A stretch of DNA of 64,000 nt. It comes from Methanobacteriota archaeon (GTDB lineage Archaea; Thermoplasmatota; Thermoplasmata; UBA10834). Below are positions 1 through 9,894 of this stretch, piece after piece. The stretch covers positions 514,681 to 578,680 of the forward strand of contig CP070732.1 in the NCBI GenBank assembly GCA_020347565.1, given 5' to 3'. The translations under genes were made by a program, and so were the position numbers. Below the pieces are notes generated by a model. It saw nothing but the letters and a program-made list of their open reading frames with translations, was not told the origin of the DNA and made no database searches. Each line of letters opens with the position of its first letter. Position 1 is the stretch's first letter.

Positions 1-789
1 CTGCTCCAATCCGATGTGGCCCTGCCGGTCGCTGAGGACTTGGCGAAGTCCGTCAGGTCACATCTGTCGGGCAGAAGAGTGGACAGGAGCTTCAGAGTTC
101 AGGAGGCGGTAGATATCGCCTTCAGAGCCGCCGTCAAGGATGTCCTCGAGTCTGGCGGCTTCTCCCTCGAGAACCTCCTTGAGACCAAGGAGCCGCCTAT
201 CGTCTTGATGTTCGTGGGCATAAACGGCACCGGAAAGACGACGGCGATCGCCAAGCTCGCCCATCGGATTCATTCGCGCGGTGACACTTGCGTCCTGGCT
301 GCGGCGGACACCTTCAGGGCCGGTGCGATAGAGCAGCTGTCGCTACACTCAGAGAACCTCGGCTGCAAGATCATAAAGCACCAGGCGGGCAGCGACCCTG
401 CTGCGGTCGCATACGACGCCGTCGAACATGCCAAGGCGCGCAGGAAGACCTTCGTTCTCATCGACACCGCGGGCAGAATGCAGACGAACCGAAACCTCAT
501 GGACGAGATGAAGAAGATCAAGCGCGTCGCCAAGCCTGATGTCATATTCTTTGTGGGCGACTCTCTCGCGGGCTCGGACGTCATCGAACAGGCAAGGAGA
601 TTCGACGAGGCGGTCGGGATAGACGCGGTGATACTAACCAAGATCGACGCAGATGCGAAGGGGGGCGGGGCGCTCTCCATCACCAAGGCCATCGGCAAGC
701 CAGTGGCCTATGTGAGCTTCGGCCAGGAATACGAGGAGTTCCGCAAGTTCGACCCCGACTGGATGGTTGCCAGAATCTTCGGCGACTGA
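1..789 (+). CDS. ftsY: Signal recognition particle receptor FtsY, C-terminal GTPase (NG) domain; the 5' end lies outside the window
   Basis: Open frame from the window edge. P-loop VGINGTGKTT, DTAGR and TKIDADAKGG motifs of SRP-type GTPases; stop at 787-789. Confidence 0.85.
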   Translation: MLQSDVALPVAEDLAKSVRSHLSGRRVDRSFRVQEAVDIAFRAAVKDVLESGGFSLENLLETKEPPIVLMFVGINGTGKTTAIAKLAHRIHSRGDTCVLAAADTFRAGAIEQLSLHSENLGCKIIKHQAGSDPAAVAYDAVEHAKARRKTFVLIDTAGRMQTNRNLMDEMKKIKRVAKPDVIFFVGDSLAGSDVIEQARRFDEAVGIDAVILTKIDADAKGGGALSITKAIGKPVAYVSFGQEYEEFRKFDPDWMVARIFGD

Positions 790-795
790 CCGCCG

Positions 796-2118
796 CTACG
801 GAGTCGCTGGCTGCGGTCTGCTGACGTTGTCGCCCGCGAACAGCACGGCATACACCTTCGCATCGAACATCAGCCCGGATATCTCGATATACTCGTTGGC
901 GTCGTGGCCCGTGCCTGGAATCATCGACCATGCGGCCGCATCGAGCCCGATGCGCCTGAACGGGCTCGCGCAGGTGGCGCCTCCGATTCCTATGGCGTCT
1001 GGGGTGAAGCCGCCAACCTCACTTATCGCCTTGCTCAGCCGCCTCACAACCTCTGAGTCTGGAGAGGTCCTGCCAGCGGATGGAGCCCTGTCGATGAAAC
1101 TGACTTCGATCTTGGCACCGGATGCCTCTTCGACCTTCGTCGCGATCTTCCGCATCTCGGCCAAGACGTCGTCTAGGGGATATTCGGGTAACACCCGGAA
1201 GTCGCACGCGAACTCCTGACGGCCGGGCACAGTGTTTATATTCTTGCCATTGGCTTCGCATCTGGACGGCACGAACGTGCTCCCCGGAGGATCGAAGAGG
1301 TCGTCGCTGGCGGAGAACTTCTCCCTCAGCCTGTCCATGCAAGCCGCGAGGTACCTCGCGGCAGTCTCGAAGGCGTTCACGCCGTTGTCGGGAGTGCTCG
1401 CATGTGTCTGCTTCCCGATTACGACGACGCGTACCCAGGCGACGCTCTTCTCCACCACGGCGATCTTCGAGCCGTCCGGATAGCCGTGGTCGGGCACCAC
1501 TATGAGGTCGCCTTCGCGGAAGATGCCCTTATTGATCAAGACATCGATCCCGTGAGTGTTTCCGTACTCCTCGTCGGATACGAAGGCGAGGCCCACATTG
1601 GCCTCGGGTCTGACCCCAGCCCTGACCAAAGCCTCCAGCCCGAACAGCGATGCTATGAGGTCTTGGCCGTTGTCCTCTGCCCCGCGAGCGTACACCCTGC
1701 CGTTCTCCACACGCGGCTCGTATGGCGGGCTGTTCCATGCGTCCAGATCGCCTTCCGGAACGATGTCCATGTGCGTTACGACCCATACATTCCTGTCAGA
1801 AGTGCCTCTGACGCGGACGACGATGTTCGGCCTGCGGCCAGAAGGGACCCGAGGGTCCCCCGACTCGTACAGCTCCACCGAGTCGAACCCCATCCCCTTT
1901 GCCAGGTCGAGCAGGAACTCCCCTCGTTCGCCTTCTCCTGCCCCTCCGTTCTCAGGTCCTACTGCCTTGACCTTCAACATGTCACACAGAGCCTTCACGA
2001 CCCTGTCCTCGCTTCTTGCCACCGAATCAATCAACTGCCGGATATCCAAGTCGGGCACGCCCCAAGGCCAGCCCTGAGTTAACAATCCACGTGATATCTT
2101 GTTTTCGGACCGACTCAC
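796..2118 (-). CDS. M20-family metallopeptidase or deacylase (ArgE/DapE-like)
   Basis: 440-aa ORF. HMDIVPEGD...W and GAEDNGQD metal-binding-like motifs and a dimerisation-domain-like middle are typical of M20 peptidases. Confidence 0.6.
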   Translation of the reverse strand: MSRSENKISRGLLTQGWPWGVPDLDIRQLIDSVARSEDRVVKALCDMLKVKAVGPENGGAGEGERGEFLLDLAKGMGFDSVELYESGDPRVPSGRRPNIVVRVRGTSDRNVWVVTHMDIVPEGDLDAWNSPPYEPRVENGRVYARGAEDNGQDLIASLFGLEALVRAGVRPEANVGLAFVSDEEYGNTHGIDVLINKGIFREGDLIVVPDHGYPDGSKIAVVEKSVAWVRVVVIGKQTHASTPDNGVNAFETAARYLAACMDRLREKFSASDDLFDPPGSTFVPSRCEANGKNINTVPGRQEFACDFRVLPEYPLDDVLAEMRKIATKVEEASGAKIEVSFIDRAPSAGRTSPDSEVVRRLSKAISEVGGFTPDAIGIGGATCASPFRRIGLDAAAWSMIPGTGHDANEYIEISGLMFDAKVYAVLFAGDNVSRPQPATP

Positions 2119-3290
2119 CGCTCTATCAACATGGCGACGGCGTTACCCCCACCAAGGCAAAGAGTAGCTATCCCGCGATGGGCATCGCGCTTCCGCATCG
2201 CATAGATGAGGGTTGTCAGTACCCGCGCGCCACTGCATCCGATGGGATGGCCCAGAGCCACCGCGCCGCCGTTGACATTGAATTTGTCCTCGGGGACCTC
2301 CAGAGCGGCCTTCACCGCTATCGACGCGGTGGAGAATGCTTCGTTGTGTTCGAACAGGTCGATGTCATCGATGTGCATCTTGTTCCTGTCGAAGAGCTTT
2401 CTAACGGCAGGTATGGGCGCTTCCATAATCAGCTCGGGTTTCATCCCAGCAGAGGAATAGTCAACTATCCTAGCCAAGGGTTCAGCGCCCATCCTCTCGG
2501 CCCTGTCAGGGTCAGCGACCACCAGAGCGGACGCCCCGTCGTTTATGCTGGAGGAGTTGCCCGCCGTCAGTATTCCGTCATCCCTGAAGACAGGCTTCAG
2601 CTTCGCCAACACCTCCAGGCTCGTGTCTTCCCTCGGACCTTCGTCGGTAGAGACGGTCACCTGCCCCTTTCGGGACGGGACGTCGACCGGGGTGATCTCC
2701 TCGTCGAAGTCCCCTTCCTTGATTGCGCGCACGGATTTCTGATGGCTCCATAAGGAGAATCGGTCTGCGTCCTCGCGCGTTATGCCATGGCGTTCGGCGA
2801 TTATCTCTCCGGTGTTTCCCATGTGGAAGTCGTTGAAGACGTCCCAAAGACCGTCCCGGACCATCGCGTCAACCAGCTGCGAGTCGAACAACTTGTATCC
2901 GAACCGCGCTTTCTCGAGGAGATAGGGCGCGTTGGTCATGCTCTCCATGCCGCCAGCGACGATCATCTCGCCCCTTCCTGCTGAGATCGCATCCGCAGCC
3001 AGCATAACCGACTTGAGCCCAGAGCCGCACACCTTGTTCACCGTGACCGCTGACACCTCTGGGGGCAGCCCTCCGCGAAGGGCCGCCTGCCTAGCGGGGT
3101 TCTGACCGAGTCCCGCCGAGATGACGTTGCCCATTATGCACTCTTCGACTTCCTCCGGTTTGAGACCTGCCCGCGCAATGGCCTCCTGGACGACGAGGGC
3201 TCCCAGCTTCGTAGCGCTCATGTCCTTCAGGCCTCCACCGAACTTGCCAACGGGCGTCCTGGTCGCGCTAAGAATCACTGGTTGTTTCAT
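2115..3290 (-). CDS. Acetyl-CoA C-acetyltransferase (thiolase)
   Basis: Thiolase signatures (NKVCGSGLKSVM active-site Cys region; GGAVALGHPIGCSGARV C-terminal motif). The six-frame ORF over-extends to 3572; I trimmed to the ATG at 3288-3290 giving MKQPVILSATRTPVGKF. Confidence 0.85.
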   Translation of the reverse strand: MKQPVILSATRTPVGKFGGGLKDMSATKLGALVVQEAIARAGLKPEEVEECIMGNVISAGLGQNPARQAALRGGLPPEVSAVTVNKVCGSGLKSVMLAADAISAGRGEMIVAGGMESMTNAPYLLEKARFGYKLFDSQLVDAMVRDGLWDVFNDFHMGNTGEIIAERHGITREDADRFSLWSHQKSVRAIKEGDFDEEITPVDVPSRKGQVTVSTDEGPREDTSLEVLAKLKPVFRDDGILTAGNSSSINDGASALVVADPDRAERMGAEPLARIVDYSSAGMKPELIMEAPIPAVRKLFDRNKMHIDDIDLFEHNEAFSTASIAVKAALEVPEDKFNVNGGAVALGHPIGCSGARVLTTLIYAMRKRDAHRGIATLCLGGGNAVAMLIER

Positions 3291-3324
3291 TCGAGATCGC
3301 CTCAGACGCGGAGTCAAACATGTT

Positions 3325-4686
3325 TCAATTCCGTATAAGTAATTTGTTGATGTTGCCGTTCGGCATTCGCCGAACGGGCTTGTAGAGGTGTCGACGGGAT
3401 GCGACAGGCGGCTCATGCCAGCCCCCACGGATTGCCCGGGGCACTTCGCTGGTCTCGGCTTCGGCCTCGGATGCACGTCTACCGCATCGCTTGCATCGGT
3501 ATCCCTGTCCGCACCCCAACGACCCCATGGACTTCCCGCAGTCTGGGCAGACCGGGTTCCGCGACTTCCCAATCACTCGTTGCATCCCGACGACGCGCAT
3601 CTTCTCTACATTGACCGCACGAGGGGTCTCGCGATACGAGCCGAAGACGACGATGCGGTCCCTTGGCACAAGCGCCCTCGCCGCCCTTGTCAGACTTCCT
3701 GACGGCTCGTAGAACATGGCGTCGATTTCGCGCCCGTCGGACACACGCACGACGACGTGCCCGCCCTCTATCGTCCGTGGCTCACCGACGACCTCGACTG
3801 CCATCTTTGCTGAGAGGTTAGCCCTGAGGTCGCCCACGCGCCTGTGCACTATGTGGTCATCGGTACCTTGGTTGGTCATGAACAGGATCCATGAGGCCGG
3901 TTCCTCCCCGCGAATCATATCGCGTGCGCGTACTAGCTCATCGGCCGAATCACCCCGGATGCCGAATAGGACCGGACAGGGAGAGGCTGGCGCGATAGCG
4001 ACATGGCGGGTTTCATAGTCGTAGTTATTGAACGTGTGCAGGGTCTCCTTGTCCATCCTGAGCACGCTCGCAGAGTCGATGTCGCGCTGCGTTCCTATTC
4101 GACCGGCGTCTCTGTAAGAGATGACCTCCCAGGTTCTGTCGCGAGGGCGCCAAGACATCGCAGCGGAGGCGCCTATCACGCCTCGTCCGTTCTTGTACTT
4201 CTTCCAGACCGCGTCGTTCTTCTCCAGAATCCCCTCCACGTCCGAGAGGGCGACGACATCCCGGACCGCGCTCCAGTAGAGGCGCTGGGGAGGGCGGCGG
4301 TTGCAACAAACTATGCCGGGATTGGTGTTCTCGCAGGAGAATTCCGCGTTGGCCTCGAGGACCCTTGCAGCCACATCGAGTACTTCGCGTGGCTCGGCTG
4401 GTGCGCCTCGCTCGTATGCTTCGATCGCGCAACCGTCTACCTCTCCGCAGAGCCTGCGTGGGCCGGATCCCACGCCGACCGAGAGACTCACGGCGGCGTT
4501 GCCGCGCGTCTTCCACGGGACGTTGGGATTGAGACGTACGAGCCGGGGCAGGCCTATGAGGTCCCAGCCTCGGAGGGCGTCTATCACGAGCGCGGCCAGA
4601 TACGTCGTGCACATGCCGTCCGGGGAGTCCGTGTCGTCGAACGCCAGATGCGTAGATGTCACAGGGATAGCATCGATTGAAGGCAA
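3325..4686 (-). CDS. tiaS: tRNA(Ile2) 2-agmatinylcytidine synthetase TiaS
   Basis: N-terminal FDDTDSPDGMCTTYLA kinase-like motif of TiaS; C-terminal Cys-rich zinc ribbon (CPDCGKS...CKRCG); about 450 aa, as expected. Confidence 0.7.
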   Translation of the reverse strand: MPSIDAIPVTSTHLAFDDTDSPDGMCTTYLAALVIDALRGWDLIGLPRLVRLNPNVPWKTRGNAAVSLSVGVGSGPRRLCGEVDGCAIEAYERGAPAEPREVLDVAARVLEANAEFSCENTNPGIVCCNRRPPQRLYWSAVRDVVALSDVEGILEKNDAVWKKYKNGRGVIGASAAMSWRPRDRTWEVISYRDAGRIGTQRDIDSASVLRMDKETLHTFNNYDYETRHVAIAPASPCPVLFGIRGDSADELVRARDMIRGEEPASWILFMTNQGTDDHIVHRRVGDLRANLSAKMAVEVVGEPRTIEGGHVVVRVSDGREIDAMFYEPSGSLTRAARALVPRDRIVVFGSYRETPRAVNVEKMRVVGMQRVIGKSRNPVCPDCGKSMGSLGCGQGYRCKRCGRRASEAEAETSEVPRAIRGGWHEPPVASRRHLYKPVRRMPNGNINKLLIRN

Positions 4687-4696
4687 AAAACACTTC

Positions 4697-5353
4697 CTAT
4701 CCGCCCAGCATCGTCAGGCGCCAGGCCCAGAGGAACATCGTCATCGTATCCAGGTCCAAGAGGAGCGTGCAGTCCGCCGTCACCCGGGCGCCGTCTGGCA
4801 CGGGACCTGAGCCAGAGGAGGTCCTGAGCCGAATGCTCTTATCGCCTTGTGGGTCGTGCAGGCGCCCGTCGGCCGCGTCTTCGTCCCACTCCAGCACGCC
4901 AGAAATGTTGAAGCGATCGTGCTCGAACAGTCGCCAGTTCTCACATAGGTAGCCGACCGAGAGAATGTGCTCAGACCGCGCCAGGACGACGATGTCTTCC
5001 GTCGTCGCAAAAAGGATGGGGCGGTGGCCTCTGCTAGCCGTCCGCCCGTCGATCAGTGCTTGGTCGCCCACTCGGACATGCTCCGCGCAATCGGCGCTCC
5101 GAGAGGAATCCACTTGCACTTCCAGCGTAGATCCCGAAATGTGATCTGCCAGAAGCAGAAGGACTTCGCCACCCTCCCAGATGAATACCGAGGCGACGAC
5201 GCCGTACACGCGCACTGTGGTGTCGGCATCCAAGGAGCGGATGGCGTCGACGCTCAGCAGCGGCGGAACGGCCTGCGAGGACAGGATTAGGAGCGCTGCC
5301 AACGCAGTGACGAGCAATGGGCAGACGCAACTTGACGGCGAAGCTGCTTTCAT
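4697..5353 (-). CDS. Hypothetical secreted protein
   Basis: Start trimmed to MKAASPSSCVCPLLVTALAALLILSSQA, which looks like a signal peptide. No family recognised. Confidence 0.45.
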   Translation of the reverse strand: MKAASPSSCVCPLLVTALAALLILSSQAVPPLLSVDAIRSLDADTTVRVYGVVASVFIWEGGEVLLLLADHISGSTLEVQVDSSRSADCAEHVRVGDQALIDGRTASRGHRPILFATTEDIVVLARSEHILSVGYLCENWRLFEHDRFNISGVLEWDEDAADGRLHDPQGDKSIRLRTSSGSGPVPDGARVTADCTLLLDLDTMTMFLWAWRLTMLGG

Positions 5354-5466
5354 GGCATGTCGTTCGTGAGGAGGGCAGGTATCCATGATTGCGCTACATG
5401 TAGGTCGGTGACAATCTGAGAAATGATTAAGAGGCGGTGCGATTTACGGGTAAAGCTGAGGACACC

Positions 5467-5853
5467 ATGTCCAAGAGCTTCTTCAAGGAATACCGGCTGG
5501 AGTTCGGCAGCTTCCTGTGCTGCCTCGCGGTCTTCGGGACCGTGGTCGGCATCGTTGGGACCTTCTTCGCCGAGAGTGCGCCGTCATATCTATCAGTTCT
5601 AGAAGAGTTGGCAGCCCCGTTCGGGGAGTGGGCGTATTGGCTCCTTGTCATCGGCTCTTTGACCCTCGTCGGGGCGGGTTGGTGGCTGTATGACTATTAC
5701 AAGAAGACCAGAAGCCTGGCACGATTCATGGCGATTCCGAGCAAGGCAAAATTCGTCAGGAACCTGGACGAAATCGAATACTTGGCATGGTCCTTGCCAC
5801 AGCGATTTGAGGATCAGGTTCTCGAGAAGAAGCGGCGATTCAACATCCGATGA
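5467..5853 (+). CDS. Hypothetical membrane protein
   Basis: Two predicted TM helices (FGSFLCCLAVFGTVVGIVGTFF; WAYWLLVIGSLTLVGAGWWLY). GAGG 7 nt upstream of the ATG at 5467. Confidence 0.45.
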   Translation: MSKSFFKEYRLEFGSFLCCLAVFGTVVGIVGTFFAESAPSYLSVLEELAAPFGEWAYWLLVIGSLTLVGAGWWLYDYYKKTRSLARFMAIPSKAKFVRNLDEIEYLAWSLPQRFEDQVLEKKRRFNIR

Positions 5854-5863
5854 GGGCGTTCGC

Positions 5864-7222
5864 CTAGGGGCCCCCCTCCATTTCGCGTGGACTGCGGTCA
5901 ACGAGGACGCCGTTCTCTTCCTGTGTGGAGACGCGAGTGCTCAGCACTGTGCCGCCAGCTGCTTCGATTCGCCCCACTGCCTTATCGAAATCGTCGGCAT
6001 TGCATACAAGGGATATCTCAATTCTCGACTCTGTATGCGATACCTCGGATACGTCAGCAAATCCATGAAGCTCTGATATGAACGCATGCGTGCCCTTCCT
6101 GAGAGGGAGAAGAGCCGCGATCACTCGGTCCCTGACCTTACGTGATTCAATCAAGTTCACTAATTCGTCCAAACCCGTTCCGTTCGTGGAAGAAACGAGT
6201 AACCAATCGTTCTCCCGGGCAAGAGAACTCATCATCTTCTCCGTTGTACACAACGCACAGGAATCAAGAAGATCTGCTTTGGTACCGACGACGATTATAG
6301 GACGCTGTTCGTGCTCGGCGGATATCTCGTTCAAACACACGTTGGCTTTCATTTCCGCAAGCTCATTCGCTTCGCTGATATCTACGACTAGGAGAATGAT
6401 GTCCGCGAGGAAGACCTCCTCAAAAGTTGACCTGAACGCATGAACCAAACCTGCTGGAAGGTTGCTTATAAACCCTACCGTATCAGTTATGAGAATCTTC
6501 TTTTTCGACAAGGCTATCTTACGAGTCGTTGTTGTCAGTGTGGCAAACAACTTATCGTCTACTTCTGCCGATGAATCGCACAGTGCGTTCATCAAAGACG
6601 TCTTGCCAGCATTCGTATAGCCGGCGATCGAAACGAGGACATATCCGCTTTGTCTCCTTCGATTCCGCATTCGCTCTCTATGGGTCAATCCTTTTCTTAA
6701 CTCTTCTTCGATCTTCTTGACGTGGCTTCGAGCATGTTCATAGTATACTTCTGTCGCATACGCACCCCCACTAAGGAAGCCCGGTCTCTCACCGGCCTTT
6801 GATTTGTGAATCCACTCCCTGAGAAACGGCAACTCGTATCTCATGCGCGCCAAGGTGACCTGTCTCTTCGCTTCCTCAGTATGAGCGCGCTCCGCAAAGA
6901 TCCTGAGAATAACACCGATTCGATCAACGCATTCGACGCCGAATTTCATTTCGAGAGTGTGATGCTGTGATGGTCGCAAGACTCCGTTGACTACAATGAC
7001 GTCAAATTCCTCAGACGAGATTTCGTTGGAAACCTCATCCAACTTACCAGAACCGAGATAAGTTACTGCGTGTGGCCGCCCTCGTCTTTGAATCACTTGT
7101 TTGAGGACTTCGATATTCAACGTGTCCAGCAACGATCTAATCTGCTCGACGTCTTCATTTACCGACAGCAGCAACGCCTTCTTCATGTCAACGAGAGCCC
7201 CTAGGACTAGTAGAGTATACAT
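5864..7222 (-). CDS. hflX: GTPase HflX
   Basis: HflX N-domain followed by a G-domain (GYTNAGKTSL, DTVGF, GTKADL). An alternative start at 7186 (MKKALLL) is possible. Confidence 0.8.
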   Translation of the reverse strand: MYTLLVLGALVDMKKALLLSVNEDVEQIRSLLDTLNIEVLKQVIQRRGRPHAVTYLGSGKLDEVSNEISSEEFDVIVVNGVLRPSQHHTLEMKFGVECVDRIGVILRIFAERAHTEEAKRQVTLARMRYELPFLREWIHKSKAGERPGFLSGGAYATEVYYEHARSHVKKIEEELRKGLTHRERMRNRRRQSGYVLVSIAGYTNAGKTSLMNALCDSSAEVDDKLFATLTTTTRKIALSKKKILITDTVGFISNLPAGLVHAFRSTFEEVFLADIILLVVDISEANELAEMKANVCLNEISAEHEQRPIIVVGTKADLLDSCALCTTEKMMSSLARENDWLLVSSTNGTGLDELVNLIESRKVRDRVIAALLPLRKGTHAFISELHGFADVSEVSHTESRIEISLVCNADDFDKAVGRIEAAGGTVLSTRVSTQEENGVLVDRSPREMEGGP

Positions 7223-7232
7223 TCTTCACCCG

Positions 7233-7245
7233 TTCCATCCGAAAC
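7233..7245 (+). promoter_or_regulatory. ORB-like element 1 (ttccatccgaaac)
   Basis: Matches the archaeal mini-ORB core TTCCAnnnGAAAC seen at Orc1-bound origins. Confidence 0.4.
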
Positions 7246-7316
7246 CCGGCCTCTTGGACCACCGCTTCCAGTGAACCGTACGGAACAACACCATGGCCCC
7301 TCAGTCACAGGGCACT

Positions 7317-7334
7317 TCCATGGGAAACCAAGGG
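7317..7334 (+). promoter_or_regulatory. ORB-like element 2 (ttccatgggaaaccaagg, followed by gggg)
   Basis: TCCAnnnGAAACCAAGG with a downstream G-string. It sits in the loop of a short inverted repeat (agggcac...gtgccct). Confidence 0.5.
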
Positions 7335-7439
7335 GTGCCCCTGACCCATGTCTGATAACGTCGTCAACGCTCTTTTATTCGTACTTGTGCATTCACAACT
7401 GATGCTGGCAGTCGATAATCTCCGAAATTTCGAGGCTGC

Positions 7440-7500
7440 GGAAAAAATGAATTCCCCGAATAATATTAACCATTAAGTAGACACTTTGTCATTTCCAACT
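7440..7500. other. AT-rich candidate DNA unwinding element
   Basis: The sequence gaaaaaatgaattccccgaataatattaaccattaagtagacactttgtcatttcc is markedly AT-rich relative to the ~60% GC background. Confidence 0.35.
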
Positions 7501-7501
7501 T

Positions 7502-7519
7502 CCTTGGTTTCGAGTGGAC
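7502..7519 (-). promoter_or_regulatory. ORB-like element 3, in inverted orientation (reverse complement tccactcgaaaccaagga)
   Basis: Reverse complement shares TCCAnnnGAAACCAAGG with element 2; the two form an inverted pair around the AT-rich block. Confidence 0.5.
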
Positions 7520-7589
7520 TGTGCGAGCACGACTCCACGAGAAGTCTGGGGGAGGGGAAGGACTTTTCAGTGAGTCCGGGGGCAGTTCG

Positions 7590-8825
7590 ATGCAAGACAC
7601 CATCTTTCAGCAGTTCATGCGACCAGGGTCGCTCTTCATTGGAGACAAAGAGGTTCTGAGACCCTCGTACATTCCTGACGTTCTTCCCCATCGCGAAGAG
7701 CAGATAGACCAGCTGGCATCGGTACTCGTCACAGCGCTGCAGGGGCAGCGCCCTTCGAACATACTACTCTTTGGAAAGACCGGGACGGGGAAGACCGCGA
7801 CCATAAAGTACGTCGGAAAGGAGATCGAGCGCGCCAACGGTGGGACGAGCAAAGTACACTTCATCTACATGAACTGCGAAGTCGTCGACACACAATATGG
7901 CGTACTGCAGAACATCGGCAACCTCTTCATAACGGACTTCCAGGAGAGGATCCCGTTCACGGGCTGGAGCACCGAGCGCGTCTACCACATCCTAAGAGAC
8001 AAGATCGACGAGAGCAGACGCGTTATCATCATCGTGCTTGACGAGATAGACAAGCTGGTCTCCAAGAGCGGTGACGATGTTCTGTATCATCTTTGCCGGA
8101 TAAACGATGATCTGAGTAACGCAAGAGTGAGCGTCATCGGGATATCCAACGATCTGAAGTTCACGGAATTCCTGGACCCTCGCGTCCGAAGTTCCCTGAG
8201 CGAGGAGAAGATGGTATTCCCGCCGTACAATGCAGAGCAACTGCGCGATATCCTCAGCCAACGGGCGAAGCTGGCGTTTGAGGAGAAGGTTCTTGAGCCA
8301 TCGGTGATACCGCTCTGCGCCGCGCTCGCCGCACAGGAGCACGGGGACGCGAGGCGGGCACTCGACCTTCTCAGGGTGGCTGCGGAGATTGCGGAGAGAA
8401 GCCATCAGCCTACCGTGGCCGAGGCCGACGTGGCGAAGGCGAAGAACAAGATAGAGTTGGACTGCGTGAACGAAGCGGTCCGAACCCTTCCTCTTCAGTC
8501 CAAACTGGTCTTGATGGGCGTCGTTCTGAACGAGGAGAAGGGCAACGCCAGGCTCACGACGGGGGACCTCTATGAGACCTACAAAGAGCTCTGCCAATGC
8601 ACGTCCGTCTCGATACTAACACAGCGTAGGGTGACCGACCTGATCTCCGAGCTCGACATGCTCGGTCTGATTCACGCCCGCGTGAAGTCGTTCGGCCGAG
8701 GTGGCAGGACAAAGGAGATCGAGCTGAGCGTCCCAAACGAGGAGGCGCGGACGATATTGCAGGACGACGAGACGATAGGGCAGCTCAGGAACTACAGGCT
8801 GCGCTATCAGACGACGCTCATGTGA
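7590..8825 (+). CDS. orc1: Orc1/Cdc6 replication initiator
   Basis: AAA+ Walker A LFGKTGTGKTAT, Walker B IIIVLDEID and a C-terminal winged helix. Trimmed to MQDTIFQQF at 7590, giving about 411 aa. Confidence 0.9.
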   Translation: MQDTIFQQFMRPGSLFIGDKEVLRPSYIPDVLPHREEQIDQLASVLVTALQGQRPSNILLFGKTGTGKTATIKYVGKEIERANGGTSKVHFIYMNCEVVDTQYGVLQNIGNLFITDFQERIPFTGWSTERVYHILRDKIDESRRVIIIVLDEIDKLVSKSGDDVLYHLCRINDDLSNARVSVIGISNDLKFTEFLDPRVRSSLSEEKMVFPPYNAEQLRDILSQRAKLAFEEKVLEPSVIPLCAALAAQEHGDARRALDLLRVAAEIAERSHQPTVAEADVAKAKNKIELDCVNEAVRTLPLQSKLVLMGVVLNEEKGNARLTTGDLYETYKELCQCTSVSILTQRRVTDLISELDMLGLIHARVKSFGRGGRTKEIELSVPNEEARTILQDDETIGQLRNYRLRYQTTLM

Positions 8826-9753
8826 TGTCTCGTGGCTTCTCCGCGTCCAAATCCGTTTCGTCCGCCACCGAGGCGCTCGAGTCGTCGTCAGGCTGCTCTT
8901 GCTTCTGGAGTTCCGTTTCGTACTCCCTCCTCGCGATCTCCCTCCTCTTCGCGATCTTCTTCCTTATTCTGTAGGTGAGGAGGACATCGATGGTAATTGG
9001 CGCTATCAATATGATGGCTATGGCGATCCACAGATTCCTGACGCTGTTGTCCGGAGCCTCGCTCTCCAGGGAATCCGTTATCCAGAGCTTCAGCAGGCCG
9101 AACCAGGGGATCTCCCCTCTAGCCTTGCCGACAATCCAATCCGTCTCAACGGGGGCGGAGTTGTCTCCGAAGGTCTGGTCGATCCATCTGTTGTGGTCTC
9201 CTTTGGTGATGAACCCGCTGCTCGGTGTGCTACCCCTGAAGGCGTTGAGGATAGAGCCAACATTGACCGTCACGGTGTCGTGATTGTAGCCGTAGTCGAA
9301 GATGGTGATCATGCCGGTGATGTCGTCCCAAGAGTCTCCGGCGGTCACCGTCCATTTCGTCTCGGGAAGGTCAACCAACCCCTCGCATCTGTAGCTGTCG
9401 TGATCGGAATTGACCTCGAGGTATAGAACAGCCCGGTGAATGATCGGCGTTGCCGTGTCGAGCCCTCGCTTCTTGTACACGATCACGTCTCCGTAGTCAC
9501 CGTAAGTGCGATGGCCGTCGACAAACCCTCTGAGATAAGTGGTGACGTCATCCGCGGAGTCCACGTCTTTAACCAAGACCATGTCGCCAGTGTCGATTAC
9601 TCCTACATAGCTCGTGTTGTCCTCGCTGTGCATCATGCTGTCTGATTCCACGACCACCAAGGGTGGCCACAGTCCCGTGTATGCGTACATGATGAGGAGA
9701 ACTGAAGCAACGAACGCGAAAGCGATTCCCGCATCGCGGAGGAACAGGACCAT
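8818..9753 (-). CDS. Signal peptidase I, archaeal Sec11/S26B type, with a C-terminal TM segment and charged tail
   Basis: VVVESDSMMH (catalytic-Ser region), VLVKDVD and KGDHN motifs. Start trimmed to MVLFLRD at 9753; in-frame starts up to 9999 cannot be excluded. Confidence 0.65.
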   Translation of the reverse strand: MVLFLRDAGIAFAFVASVLLIMYAYTGLWPPLVVVESDSMMHSEDNTSYVGVIDTGDMVLVKDVDSADDVTTYLRGFVDGHRTYGDYGDVIVYKKRGLDTATPIIHRAVLYLEVNSDHDSYRCEGLVDLPETKWTVTAGDSWDDITGMITIFDYGYNHDTVTVNVGSILNAFRGSTPSSGFITKGDHNRWIDQTFGDNSAPVETDWIVGKARGEIPWFGLLKLWITDSLESEAPDNSVRNLWIAIAIILIAPITIDVLLTYRIRKKIAKRREIARREYETELQKQEQPDDDSSASVADETDLDAEKPRDIT

Positions 9754-9894
9754 CTGGCTCGGTCGCTTGCGCCGCGTTTCCGTACCGTTGCCTGCTCCGT
9801 CTCCGGTCACGACGCCGAGAGAGAATGACCAGTATAAAATTGATACGGTACTCATAAGCGAGCCATCGCCCATTCTGGTGGAGCACGGGCGTTG

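Larger units (their letters stand above)
7223..7589. other. Predicted chromosomal replication origin (oriC) region between hflX and orc1/cdc6
   Basis: Non-coding 367 bp containing ORB-like TCCAnnnGAAACC elements in inverted orientation, flanking an AT-rich stretch at 7440-7500, directly upstream of orc1/cdc6. Confidence 0.5.

Noticed and set aside
3291-3572. N-terminal 94-codon extension of the thiolase ORF (2115-3572)
   Set aside because: The extension (MGSRGTRSAQTAG...) is low-complexity and overlaps the TiaS 3' end. Thiolases start at the conserved MKQPVILSATRTP, here at 3290.
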